From the NCBI GenBank assembly GCA_965113315.1, contig OZ220367.1: a DNA stretch of 64,000 nucleotides; one strand, given 5' to 3'. A program made the translations under genes and the position numbers. This DNA is from Podarcis vaucheri. Lineage: Eukaryota. The notes under the pieces were generated by a model. That model was not told the DNA's origin. It saw nothing but the letters and a program-made list of their open reading frames with translations, and made no database searches. Below, in pieces: positions 12,446-24,100 of the stretch. Every line of letters begins with the position of its first letter. The first letter of the stretch is position 1.

Positions 12446-15400
12446 CTACAGGATATTCTTTGCAATTGCATTCAGGGTCCTCACTTTAGCCACATCGGCC
12501 ACCTTGATGGAATATTCAGGTGTGGAGAGGTAGGCCCCCATGGTAATGTAAGGGTTTCTAAAAGAATACCAACAAGTCTTTGGTTACTGTCTGGAACCTG
12601 GACCTAGAAGAGCCGGAATAAGAACCATCCTAAGTCCTACCCACTGGGCCATAATCTGCTGCCATATTGCCTTTTGGGTGCTACCTTGTCCCATTGCATC
12701 TGCAACTATGAACTACAGACACAAGTCTATCCCTAATGCAACAATGCCTTGCCCCCAGCTAAATGCACCTGTCAGGTTCCAGTGCCCCAGATGTTCTTAG
12801 TCAAGTTACTACCCCAAACGGTGGAGCTGCATCGGGAGATGGAAGCAAGGCTTGGGCCCCTCAGTAAGTCAGGATAGAAACTTGCTCCGTTACCTGAACT
12901 TCATTCCTGAGTCTTTGAGTGAGCGCGCTGAGCAGTGAAACTCAGAGGCGCCAGAGCCTTCTAAGATTCTCTGCAGGTTTCTCTCGGTTATGCCTCCCCC
13001 TGGTGGAGAGAACCCATCACTCAGTCACAAACATACAGTTAAGCAGGAATAGACAGAGCTACATTCTGGGTCATTAAATAGATGGGGGAAATCCCTTTGC
13101 TCTGAACCAGAGGCTAATCTTTAGGGTCAATGCAGGCTGCACTTGCAGCTCTGAAGCAGGTATTGCTCCTAAATATGCCTCTGGAAGGGAGCAGATGCCC
13201 ATCATGTATTATCTTATCAGTTTAGCTGCTGATTAGCACAAATGGCCCACTGCTTTTGTTTTGCCTGACAGTTAGTGATCACTCAGGAACATTAGGTAAT
13301 GTTCCTTGATGCCTGGAAATCTTTGCCTTCATAATGCCATACCTATAAGAGTTTGAGGAAGGGACAGATAGCTAGAAGCAAATTGAATTTGGATTGACAG
13401 AGGCAAAGAGTCTACAGCAGCAAGTTAAGCAGGTAGGGGTTGTGTGTGGGTATCTACACTATTCCTTTAACCTAATGCAATTTCAGCAGTTGTGCCATCC
13501 ATCTATTTCTACTAAGCTCTGTCTGTTTTTATATCTGCAAATAAATAAATATTATAAAGTCTTTCGTGCACTCTCATCCAAAGGGAATTACACCCTAAAG
13601 CTCTGTTCCTGGACTTCTTGCCACTTGGGCAAGTGTGGCTGCCTAACAACATGCTTGGTAGGTGCTAGAGTTCTGATCTATGCCAACAAGTGGTACTCAC
13701 TGCAGAGTCTTACCTGGCACTACAACAATCCTGCCCTTAGCCTGAAAAGGAAGACAAAATGGGTTTAGTGGTCTTGCTTATAGGAGAAAACACACCAAAT
13801 GGGTAGCACAAATATTCTGTTAAGGAAGATGTAGAATGTATTTATTTGCAATATTTAATTTCATTTTTTAATGCTGCTTTTCAAATGGTTTGCTCCAAGT
13901 AATACTGTCACGTTGAGTTTCTTACATGCTCCTCTAGGAAAGTATGCTCCCACACTTGTCTATCATTGTGTATATTTCACCTCTGCAAAGTCAAACAACT
14001 GAGGATCTACCAAGTTTCACCTCCATCCTCAGATGGTTGAACTTCAGAAACTATATGCTGCCATATCAGTATCAGCAGGACTGCTTCAACTTCACACCAG
14101 TGTTAGAGACTGGAAGCAACTTTAAAATAACTGAGCGACTCCTGCGATGTCTTTTGTCTGTTGCGCATTCTTCTGGACAGGTGTGAGATACGGGTGTGCC
14201 ATGCGCATATTGTGTACTTAACAGAGAAGAAGGGAGCTAATTTACTGCAGTAGCCTATGGGAATTAACGCAATACTGAAAGAAGCTATTGTATCAGAAGG
14301 TGCAAGGCACAGTTTCTGTATATTCAATAGGGAGGCCAGTTTTCACCCTGAATCGTTGAAAAACCCTCACCCATCTGAAGACCATGAAAGACTGCTAGCT
14401 GGCATTTCTCTGCTCCCACCACACTCTGTCCAGTTCCTTGGATAGCCCACTCTTAAGTAGGCAAGAAAAGTGTATCAGTAGAGTTACAAATTTGGGAGAG
14501 ATGACACCTCACCTGTTCTGTCAGTCGTTTTATCAAGGGCAGCCCCTCTAGAACAGTGCTGTCACAGCCACTAGTCAGGACCCGTTCAAAGCCCATCGAT
14601 ATTAGCGTTTCCAAGGCTGCCAAAGGGTCATAGACCATGTCAAAAGCTGCTGAGAAAAATGGAGCATGTCAGTCTTTACTGCCAAATGTTCTGGAAGGCA
14701 AATCTACTGACATATTCCAGGCTTTAGCCTAGTCCCAAATCCCTGGTAGGCAGTCCTAATATGTGCAATTCCCAGAGTACATTCTCATAGTCCCCCCCCC
14801 ACTCACCCAGGTAAGGCCATTGTGCCTGAGCCTACAGCCTGCAAGTAGGCAGTCCGGCTTTCATTCCCCACTCCAAGCTCTGTAAGAAGAGCCTGCTGGA
14901 CCTGTCCAATGGCCTATCCAGTCCAGCGTCATGTTCTCACAGTGGCCAACCAGATGCCTGTGGGAAACCAGCAAGCAGAAACTCACCTCTGTGGAAGGTG
15001 ACAGGCAGAGGGCGGGAAGCAGCTGCAAAAAGAGCAGATCCCAGATGGTTAGTATACCTTTGCTTAGGGGTTGGCTTTGTGAAGGCAATGCTTCTGCTAC
15101 TGGCCCTGGAAAGAAAGGAAACTTCTCCAGATGGTTCAACCAAGGTGGCTGTAGTCATCCGACACCATTTCTGCAATATGGATTCATCATCCTTTCTCAT
15201 TTCCACTAAGACTGCCCACTAGCTAGCTCTTTGTATGGCATTTCTTTTCACATTTTGTGTATCAAACCCCTCACACGTGTTGGGCTTATGCACTTATTTT
15301 AAAAAGTAATCCTGGTGTAGACTATAGATGTATCCACTCGTTTCCCTAGGTAGCCTGTGGAATAATGAACCATGGAGTGAATGGATACTGGCTTCTGGTT

Positions 15401-18400
15401 AAAATAGTTTAGCTGCTGTATTTCAGCTTGCCTCACAGAACTTTCCCCACCTTTCCTCCTTCTGTGTGCTGTTCTGTGGGGGGGGGGACATGCAGGAAGA
15501 GGACAGGCTTCACCTAAAGGTAAAGGTACCCCTGCCCGAACGGGCCAGTCGTGTCCAACTCTGGGGTTGCGCGCCCATCTCGCTTAAGAGGCCAGGGGCC
15601 AGCGCTGTCCGAAGACACTTCCGGGTCACATGGCCAGTGTGACAAGCTGCATCTGGCGAGCCAGCGCAGCACACGGAAACGCCGTTTACCTTCCCGCTAG
15701 TAAGAGGTCCCTATTTATCTACTTGCACCCGGGGGTGCTTTCAAACTGCTAGGTTGGCAGACGCTGGGACCGAGCAATGGGAGCGCACCCCGCTGCGGGG
15801 ATTCGAACCGCCGACCTGACGATCGGCAAGTCCTAGGTGCTGAGGCTTTTACCCACAGCGCCACCCGCGACCCATAGGCTTCACCTAGCTAGAGCCAATT
15901 TTGGGGGGCATGCAGGGAGAGGACAGGCTTCCCCTAGCAAGACTAATTCTTCTTCAGAAGATATACTGTCAGCTTCAGTTAAATAGAGAAAATAGCTAGT
16001 AATTATTTTCTTTGCATTTTTGAGGGTCCAGAAAAACCATAGTGTTATCATTCTTTCAAAAAAGTTTCCTATTCTTCTGGATAATTCTTCCTTCTGTACA
16101 GAATTTATGGCTGCCTAACACTCTCTCCATCAGAGCTGCACAGTGCCCCTTCTTACAAACAAAGGTCACTCATCCCAACCATTACAGCGTTTGGCTCCTG
16201 CTTTATCTTAATGATTCATTCATTTATGGAATGACCTATGGAATGTCCTCCCTCTAGAGCAGCCTTTGTCAAATTAGCTGGGGCTAATAGGAGTTATAGC
16301 CCCAAACATCTGGAGGATACCAGCTTGGTGTAGACTGCCCTAGGAGCACGACTGGTGCTAAAGCGCTGTTGTCATTTTGGCATCAGGTGAAACTTCAATA
16401 TTTCCCCAGCCTCTTTTTTTTGGAGTGAGGAGTCAGAAGTTCCGTCACTTCTGCAACTGAAGAGACTGTAGCACCATGGCCGTTTCCCCCCTAATAAGCT
16501 CCATTTATATATGTTTTTATAAATTGTGCTGCATTGTTTTTGTTCTACTGTAACCCACCCTGGGATCACATGATGAAGGGTGGATTAGATGTTCTCTTAT
16601 ACTGTAAATGAATGAATAGCTCAATATAGTGAGGCAGGCTCTAGTATCTCGTGGATCTTGCCTGTAGGAAATATTTCTTAATTTGAACCATGGAATTATT
16701 AGCTGGTGGCACTGTATGACAATCACTACTCAAGTACCAAATAAGGCCTTTGAAAAGTAAAGCCTGCTCACCCAGCAGTGCTGTGCAGAGCTCTGTATCC
16801 ACACGTCCATCCTCAGTCAAGGCTCCAAACACCAACCCATCAGCCCCATGTTGTTTGGCAAGTCGGATGTCTGCTTTCATCACCTCCACTTCTCGGTCAG
16901 AATAGAGGAAATCCCCCCCACGGGGGCGGATCATCACAAATACAGGCACCCTTATACACTGCTTCACCACTTGCAAAAGGCCTGCAGACAAACATGTTTG
17001 GGACATGGTGTCAGTTTTGTACTGGATTGTTCTATAAGTTGGACAAGAAGTGAAACCTAGAACATGGTACGGAGGAACTTAGGAACAGAGCAAGATGCCT
17101 CATACAAAGGGAGACCACTGAGCCATCTAGGTCAGTTCTGCCTATGTCTGGAGTAGCCAACAAGATGCCCTCCAGACGTTGGTGAACTACAGCTCCAATC
17201 AACTGACCACTGACCATTTAGGCTGAGGCGAGTTGGAGTCCCACAACATCTGGAGAGCCACACGTTCCCCATCCCAGAGCTAGACCATCAGCACTGGGTC
17301 TAAGAGAAGCAAGGGAGAAGAGAACAGGGCAGATGTCAAACCCTTTTTGCAGAATTTGGGAGAAGGGGCTGCTGAAGGAGGGAAGGTGAAATAGGGTGAT
17401 TAAATAACAGCCTGTCTTGCAAAAAGACCAGGAGGGGCTGATGACACAGAAGAACACAAAAAGAGCAAGCAGAACAACAGGTATTTTCTTTCTGTTCCAG
17501 GAGCAGAGGGCCTGGAGGGCAGAGGTCCAAACACTTCTCCACATTGCTTGGCTGCTCAGTACTGCTACATCTTGCAGAGAAATGGTGGATTGGATCTTGC
17601 TTGTATGTGCCAACTCACCTATAGTAGGTGTTGTTCCTCCTTCCATGAGGTTGGCACACAGTTCAAGGCGGCCAGCACCTGCAACAGGGTCACACATTAA
17701 ACCTCTGAATATAAGTGGTTTGCAAGATTTTAACAGAGATCTACATTATGAAGAAACCATGTGGTCCTTGCTATAATCCAACAAGGGAAGTTCGCCCAGC
17801 TCCATCATCATATGTCTTTAGCTGCTAGGCAAAAACCTTCCTCTATAAGCAGGCCTTTGGCCTTTAACTATCTGTGGCCATTTAGAAGTGGGTGGGATTT
17901 TTTTTAAGTATTCCCTCCCTCCTCCCCTTGGTTTTAATGTATCTATGTTGGGTGTGTTAAGGTATGGGGGTGCTGTTTGTTTGTAAGTAGCAACTAACAA
18001 ATTTAAGTAATAAATAAAATAAACCAATGGGTAGGAGTGCTGGAAATTTTCGAGCCAAGAGTGAGATTGGTCACCTGTCCACATAGACTTCAACCCCTAC
18101 TCATGCATTAACTAAGAAAGAAAATCAATTAATAGGTGATTTGAGTATCTCAGCCCATGTTTTATAATGCACTGCAGCAAAACAGAGCAGGACCACTTAA
18201 GTAGTTAAGGCAGCTGAAGACAAGGCAAGTTGACATTTATTCATTTAAATTTGCAGTTTGCCCTACTCTCAAAGGCTAGAGTAATTGGGTTCCGGGCAAT
18301 TAAAATATATAAATGCATATCCTGAATCTATGTGTCACTAACCTAGATCAGAACTTTGGAAGTCTTTACTTACTGACCAGTTTATAACATTTAATATCCT

Positions 18401-20674
18401 ACCTTTCAAGCCTAAAAGGGTTCATAAAACAGTTTCCCACTGCTTGGGGAAGTAAGTGTGCCTCTCTTTTCAATACATATAGCATGTGTACCCAGAGGTG
18501 TCCTGGCCTAGAAAGATCCCTCAATGATCCTTAAGTATTTTCATCTTCCATCTTTTTTATGGGATTACCTCCTCTTTCTGCATTCACAGCAGACTCCACA
18601 GAATCAACACATACTTCCATGAGAAAGCCATTGGCCATTCCTAGAAGAGAAACACAACCAGAGGTTATGGGGCAATCAGGCTCTGTCTCAGAGAAAAGGG
18701 ACAGACAGTGATTGAGAGAGGCGATTCCTTCCACCTCAAGCTCCAGTGCTTTGTCTTTTAACTGGCTTCTTTCATCTTGCTCACCCAAGCACATCCACAG
18801 CTCTCAGAAACAGAAGCTTCATAGATTCCCCATCACCAGTAACCTTAAAAAGCCTTAACCTGTCAGTAGCTGCTTTAAAGGGAACACACAATAAGAACAG
18901 AAAACTTGTATCACCATGTGAATTTAAAGAAGAAATCAAGCTTGATCTGTATCAGCTCAAAACAGGTACAGAAAAAACACATGGGAAGTTGAACACTACT
19001 TTTGCTGTAACTCCTGATCCCCTTGCCTTCTTGCTCTCCCTGGATCTTGTTCTCTGTGTTGCACTGTCTGAACAGATCTGTCTGTCTGTCTATCTATATG
19101 TTTATATGTTTGTTTATTTATTACCAAATAAGTCACTTTTCAGCCTGGTCTCCCAGAGTAGTATACAAAATTAAATAATAAACATAGAATACCAAATAAT
19201 TAACAAAAAAGCAACTGTGAAAGTGGCACATACAAAAATCAGCAGACTAAAAACCTGACAATTCTAAAATATTTTAAAAGACCTGTGCAATTAAAAAATG
19301 TTTATCTGGCACAAAAAAAGGAAAAAAAGATCAGCACTAGATGAACCTTCCAATGGAGAGAATTATAAACCTCCACTATCCCAACTCTTCATCAGCTTCA
19401 TTACTTACAGGGGCACAGGAGAAATTACTTAAAGGGGCACAGGAGAAATTAATACACTGGCAAGTTTATTCAGTAGGTGGTCCTTAATGTAACTGCATCA
19501 TTAAAAGAGACTCTTGAACCTGATTTCTGCAGATTAGCACAAATCTAAAGTGGAATAAGGGTTTGAAGGGGGGGCTCCAATTTGGAGGATTCAAGGATAT
19601 GTCACAGGATATGTCACAGCTCAGCGGTAGTGCCTTGTATTCAGAAGGTTCATTTCCCAGAAAGTCCAAGTAGGGGTAGGTTGTTCCGTTTGAAACCCTG
19701 GAGAACCGCTGTCAAGTCAGTGCAAGCAATACTGAACTAGATGGCTCTATGGTCTGACTCACTTTAAAGTAGAGTTCTACATTCCGAATAAAAAGTCTGT
19801 GCTAGTGATCCAGATTTTTCCTCCTTTCAGAATACTAAATTGAGTAAGGCTGACTTCCTTTCTACCTTTCTCCATATATTTCAGAGGATTCAGGTTCTCC
19901 AGCAGGAAGATGAAGTTGAGATGCGTGGGAACAGCTGACAGCAAGGCCAGCCTGTAACTTGCAGAGTCTCCCTTAGGCAAATGCAGAACTTACTCTAGAA
20001 ACTCCCAACAACAGATGGAACTTTGGCCAGTAACATAGTGCATTAAATGTGCATTCTGTACTTGACATCCTTTGTTATGCTTTGTTTTGAAATCTTTTAA
20101 GGTAATGTTTTAGTTTCCTATTAACTCTTTCGCTTTGAAGGTACACTTTATATTTGTTTTTATTCCGTTATGTTTTATTCAGGATTGCTTTAATTGATGT
20201 TTCAATGTAGCTTGTAAAGCGCTTCAACTCCCCCCTTGAAAATATAGAAATTAAATAAATAAATACGCAAACAAGCAAGCAAGCCCCAGTGAGTGCAGGC
20301 AAGATTGCAGTCCTCAGGCCTATAGCTACAACCCTGCAGACGCTCACCTGAGAATAAGGACCCCTTTGGACTCAATTGGGTTTTACGTTTTAAACACAAA
20401 GGCCTGATATGTAAAAATGCCAATAAAATCTATCCCACTTGGTTTTGCTGAATGCACATAGCGGCCGTGAGTGTGCACAGGGCAGCCCCCCCCCCCCCAG
20501 AACAACAGTATTAAAATTTCTGGCTCCTCTTGCATCTGTGGAGGGGGAAAGGGAGGCCTTGAAGCCGCCCGGATTTCCGGCCCCGGCATCCCCGGCGCTT
20601 CCTTCCGGCCGTCCCTCCTCCCACTCACCCTCACACCCTTCTGCCAGGCCCTGCTTCCGGTCCCATCTCCTCAT
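12446..20674 (-). CDS. CUTC: Copper homeostasis protein CutC homolog, 9 coding exons, 267 aa
   Basis: Exons (minus): 20629-20674, 18569-18640, 17619-17678, 16772-16981, 14987-15022, 14513-14646, 13714-13741, 12894-12999, 12446-12557 (804 nt). Motifs MEVCVDSVESA, RLELC..LMEGGTTP, VMIRPRGGDF, PVTFHRAFD, RVLTSG, and C-terminus VRTLNAIAKNIL*. Exon 1 is the least certain. Confidence 0.96.
15517..15875 (-). mobile_element. Full-length Sauria SINE in CUTC intron 4
   Basis: tRNA-like head with B box (GGTTCGAATCC on minus), (ACCTTT)n tail, and a 12-bp target-site duplication AGGCTTCACCTA at 15505-15516 and 15876-15887. Confidence 0.93.
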
Positions 20675-21140
20675 TCCGCCTCGGGGCCGCTCCGGAGGCG
20701 CGGCGGATGTCGGCAGTTCTGCGCCAAACCAGCCCTGAGCTGAGGAGGAAGCCCCGCCCACCCCTGGGGCCTCGGCTCCCGCGCGGCGGCGGCGCACACG
20801 CAAGACAGGAGGCGCCGTCCTACCTGTCACGTGGCGTCGCGGTCACCGAGTGTGCGGTCGCGGCGCTTCCGGAAATAGCTCGGATTCCTTTCCGTGTCAA
20901 GAGCGAGTCGCTTCCGGGTTGCAGCTTGAGGAGCGATGCTCTTGCGGGCGGCACTAAGAGGGTCTCGGCTGTTGCTGGCCCCACGAGGAACGGGGTCCCC
21001 CGGCCAGGTACGCCAGGGGCGGCGCTTGGTTTCCATAGCAACGGGGACCGGGTCGAAGATGCCTCTTTATCGGCCGAGGGTTGCAAAACGAAGCCACCCC
21101 CGGCGGCTCCTCGTTTCTTAGCCTTGCGAGCAGGCTGAGT
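20430..21140. promoter_or_regulatory. CpG-island bidirectional promoter of CUTC/COX15
   Basis: Start codons are head-to-head and 261 bp apart (20674 minus, 20936 plus). CpG-dense. GC box 20751-20760, GTCACGTGG E-box 20826-20834, ETS palindrome TTCCGGAA 20867-20874, further CTTCCGG near 20911. Confidence 0.85.
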
Positions 21141-24100
21141 ACCTGCTATCACCCTCGCTAAGACACGCTGCTGGGGGAAATGCCAGGAGTTTCCGCCCTT
21201 GTGCATCCTTTGCACTGTGGGAGGTGCTAATCAATGCTACCTCATTTCCACGTGGGGACCTCTAATTATGGGGGGATATTAAAAAAAAACTACAGACTAT
21301 TGCCTGCACCTGTCACAACCAGACACGTTAAAGGGGGCAGACTGAAGACTAGGAGTTTCGGTGACTGCCAAAATATTTCACTTGTATAACCACAGCAAGC
21401 CCTCAACCTATGCGGGGTTACATTCCAGGAATCATGCCTAAATCAAAATTCACATATCATCAAAACACATTAGGTTCAATGGTAGGTGGGATTGCCAAAG
21501 TCTTTTTCCCTGGACGCTTGTCCTCTTTTTAATTATGTTTTAATTTGCCAAGCGCATATAGCTAAATGTGCACCAGTTAAATGCGTAAGTCTCTCTCTAA
21601 TTTTAACAATAGGTGTAATGCTTCATGGTTTTAAGTATTTTAGTATAGGATTTTTTTTAAAAAAGGTACCATACCATGAACTACTCTGGTCCCACCTAGA
21701 TGACAGAGTAGTGTATACATGTTTTAAACAAATAAAATAACAATTATGAATATAACATCACATTTTATTAAATGGTCACAGGCCCTGTAAAAACATGAAC
21801 ACTTTCCCCTCCATATGCTTTCAGCATTTAAATAACATATGAAAACCCTACTGGATCACACTTAGAGTCCATGGAGTTCAACCTCTTTTTGCTAATGGTG
21901 GCCAGCCAAGTGCTTCTGAAGATTCTACAAGCAGGACGCTTAAGAACATATTGAAAATAAAAATAAGTTTTGCTGAGCATCTCAGTGAATAGCTGTTGAC
22001 ATTCCTGTTGTCCAGTTTTTTTGTGCTTGCACCATTGATGATCTGGTCCTTTATCCTTGTCCTTGTATTTTGTAGAATAATGTCTGGCACTTAATACAAC
22101 CTTTCTGATGTAGTGAACACAGGTGTGAACTCTTTACAGCAAAGAGAGTTCATACATCTTGAGTAATGCTCCTCTTCCATGTCAAATGTATGTTTAGTGG
22201 GGTGGCATAATTATAAACAGCCTCCTCACTACCTTCTCTGTCCTCAGCAATGTCAACGGTGGTGGCAGCTCCCACAGAGACGGTCACAACACAGTGTAGT
22301 GTCAGAAGTTGCTTCCCATCCCAGAGTGGTGGTACCACCTGTCCCCAATGCTGTGACCAACCGGGCTGTAGGGCGCTGGCTTCTAATATGCAGTGGTACT
22401 GTGGCCGGAGCTGTGGTGTTGGGTGGTGTCACTAGGTAAGGAAAATTAGCACCTCCTCTTCAAGCCTTTACTATATTTTATTTACCCTTGACACTATGGT
22501 TCTCCAACTGTCATAGATTGTATCTTTCTGCAGCCAGCAGAGATCTTCCTAGGGGCATTGCTTCCTCTTGGTCATGCCAGTGTGTGGGCCTAAACTAACT
22601 TCTGGTATCTCTCTGCCCTTTGAATTCCTGTGTCTACCCTTATTTTATAAATGCATTGTAGATAAACAATGCAGGCAGTAAAAGAAATGTGGGATTAAAG
22701 AGTAACAAATAAATACTTTTTGTACTTACAGTCATAACAACCTTTTGAGGTATGGTAGTTAATTTAGACTATTTCAGAATTTAAAAGGTGTGATTACATA
22801 TATATTTGCATCTAATTGATCACCGGTATGTTTGTGTGTAGTCAGACTTTGCATCTGCATTTGTGTCTGAATTTTCCCATTGTGGCTTCATTCTGCTTTT
22901 CTAGATAGACGGATACACATGCACACACCATTATATCCCACATTGATAGCATCTTCCCTCAATGGTATGTCATTGCTGTTCTTTCCTTCTCAGGCTGACA
23001 GAGTCTGGGCTTTCAATGGTTGACTGGCATCTTGTGCGGGAGATGAAGCCTCCTCGGACACAGCAGGAGTGGGAAGCAGAATTCCAAAACTACCAGCAAT
23101 TCCCAGAATTTAAAATGTATGTGTGGGTTGAGCTAAAGTTCCTAGAGACTAAAATTAAATGGGTGGGGTGGGGAGAGAGAGCCTATTCTACTATCCCAGC
23201 AAAAGGGAAATGAGAAAAAAAGAGTATCTTGAATGCTACTTCTTGATAGAACTTGCCATGGAAAGAGGGGAATGGGCAACTACACTTTACTGCAGGGTTT
23301 GTTGTTGTTTTATAAACCTTCTCTCTGAATCTAACAGCCTGAACCACAACATGACGCTGACAGAGTTCAAATTCATCTGGTACATGGAGTATTCACACCG
23401 AATGTGGGGACGGCTTGTTGGACTGGCTTACATCCTTCCTGCAGCTTACTTCTGGAGGAAGGGTTACCTCAACCGGTCCCTGAAGGGTCGTGTCGTTGCC
23501 CTCTGTGGATTTGTCTGCTTCCAGGTGGGAAAGATCACTGGGACCTTGAAATTGTTAAATGAATCATTAAATTACTCTGCCCATGATAACTGAGATAGAA
23601 CATGAAAGGCATTGATCCTTTGCACACTCCAGGAGCTGATTTGTATGTGATCTTAGGTCTCTGGTGCACAGAAGCTTCAGATCATGGTGCTTGGAGTGTT
23701 GTTAGATCTTAGTTCCTCGAAAGAGAATGTACATGATATTGGCAGGAGCAAAAGTGGTCTTAGTTTCATGCCTCTATGGTACTTTTTCTTTGTTTTGGCA
23801 GGGCCTATTGGGCTGGTATATGGTAAAAAGTGGATTAGAGGAAAAGCCAGACTCTCATGATATCCCACGGGTCAGTCAGTACCGTCTAGCCGCACACCTG
23901 GGCTCTGCACTTGTTCTTTACTGCTGCAGCCTGTGGACTGGACTCTCATTACTGCTGCCGCAGCACAAGGTAAGCAAAAAGTGAGGCAGACTGGGGGCAC
24001 GTATTGAGTCCCAGTTGGGCCAAGAAAGCCTGTACACCAATTGCGCCTTTGGAGGGAAGCACACTGCCACTGTGCAGACCAAACTGCCACTGTATCCTAC

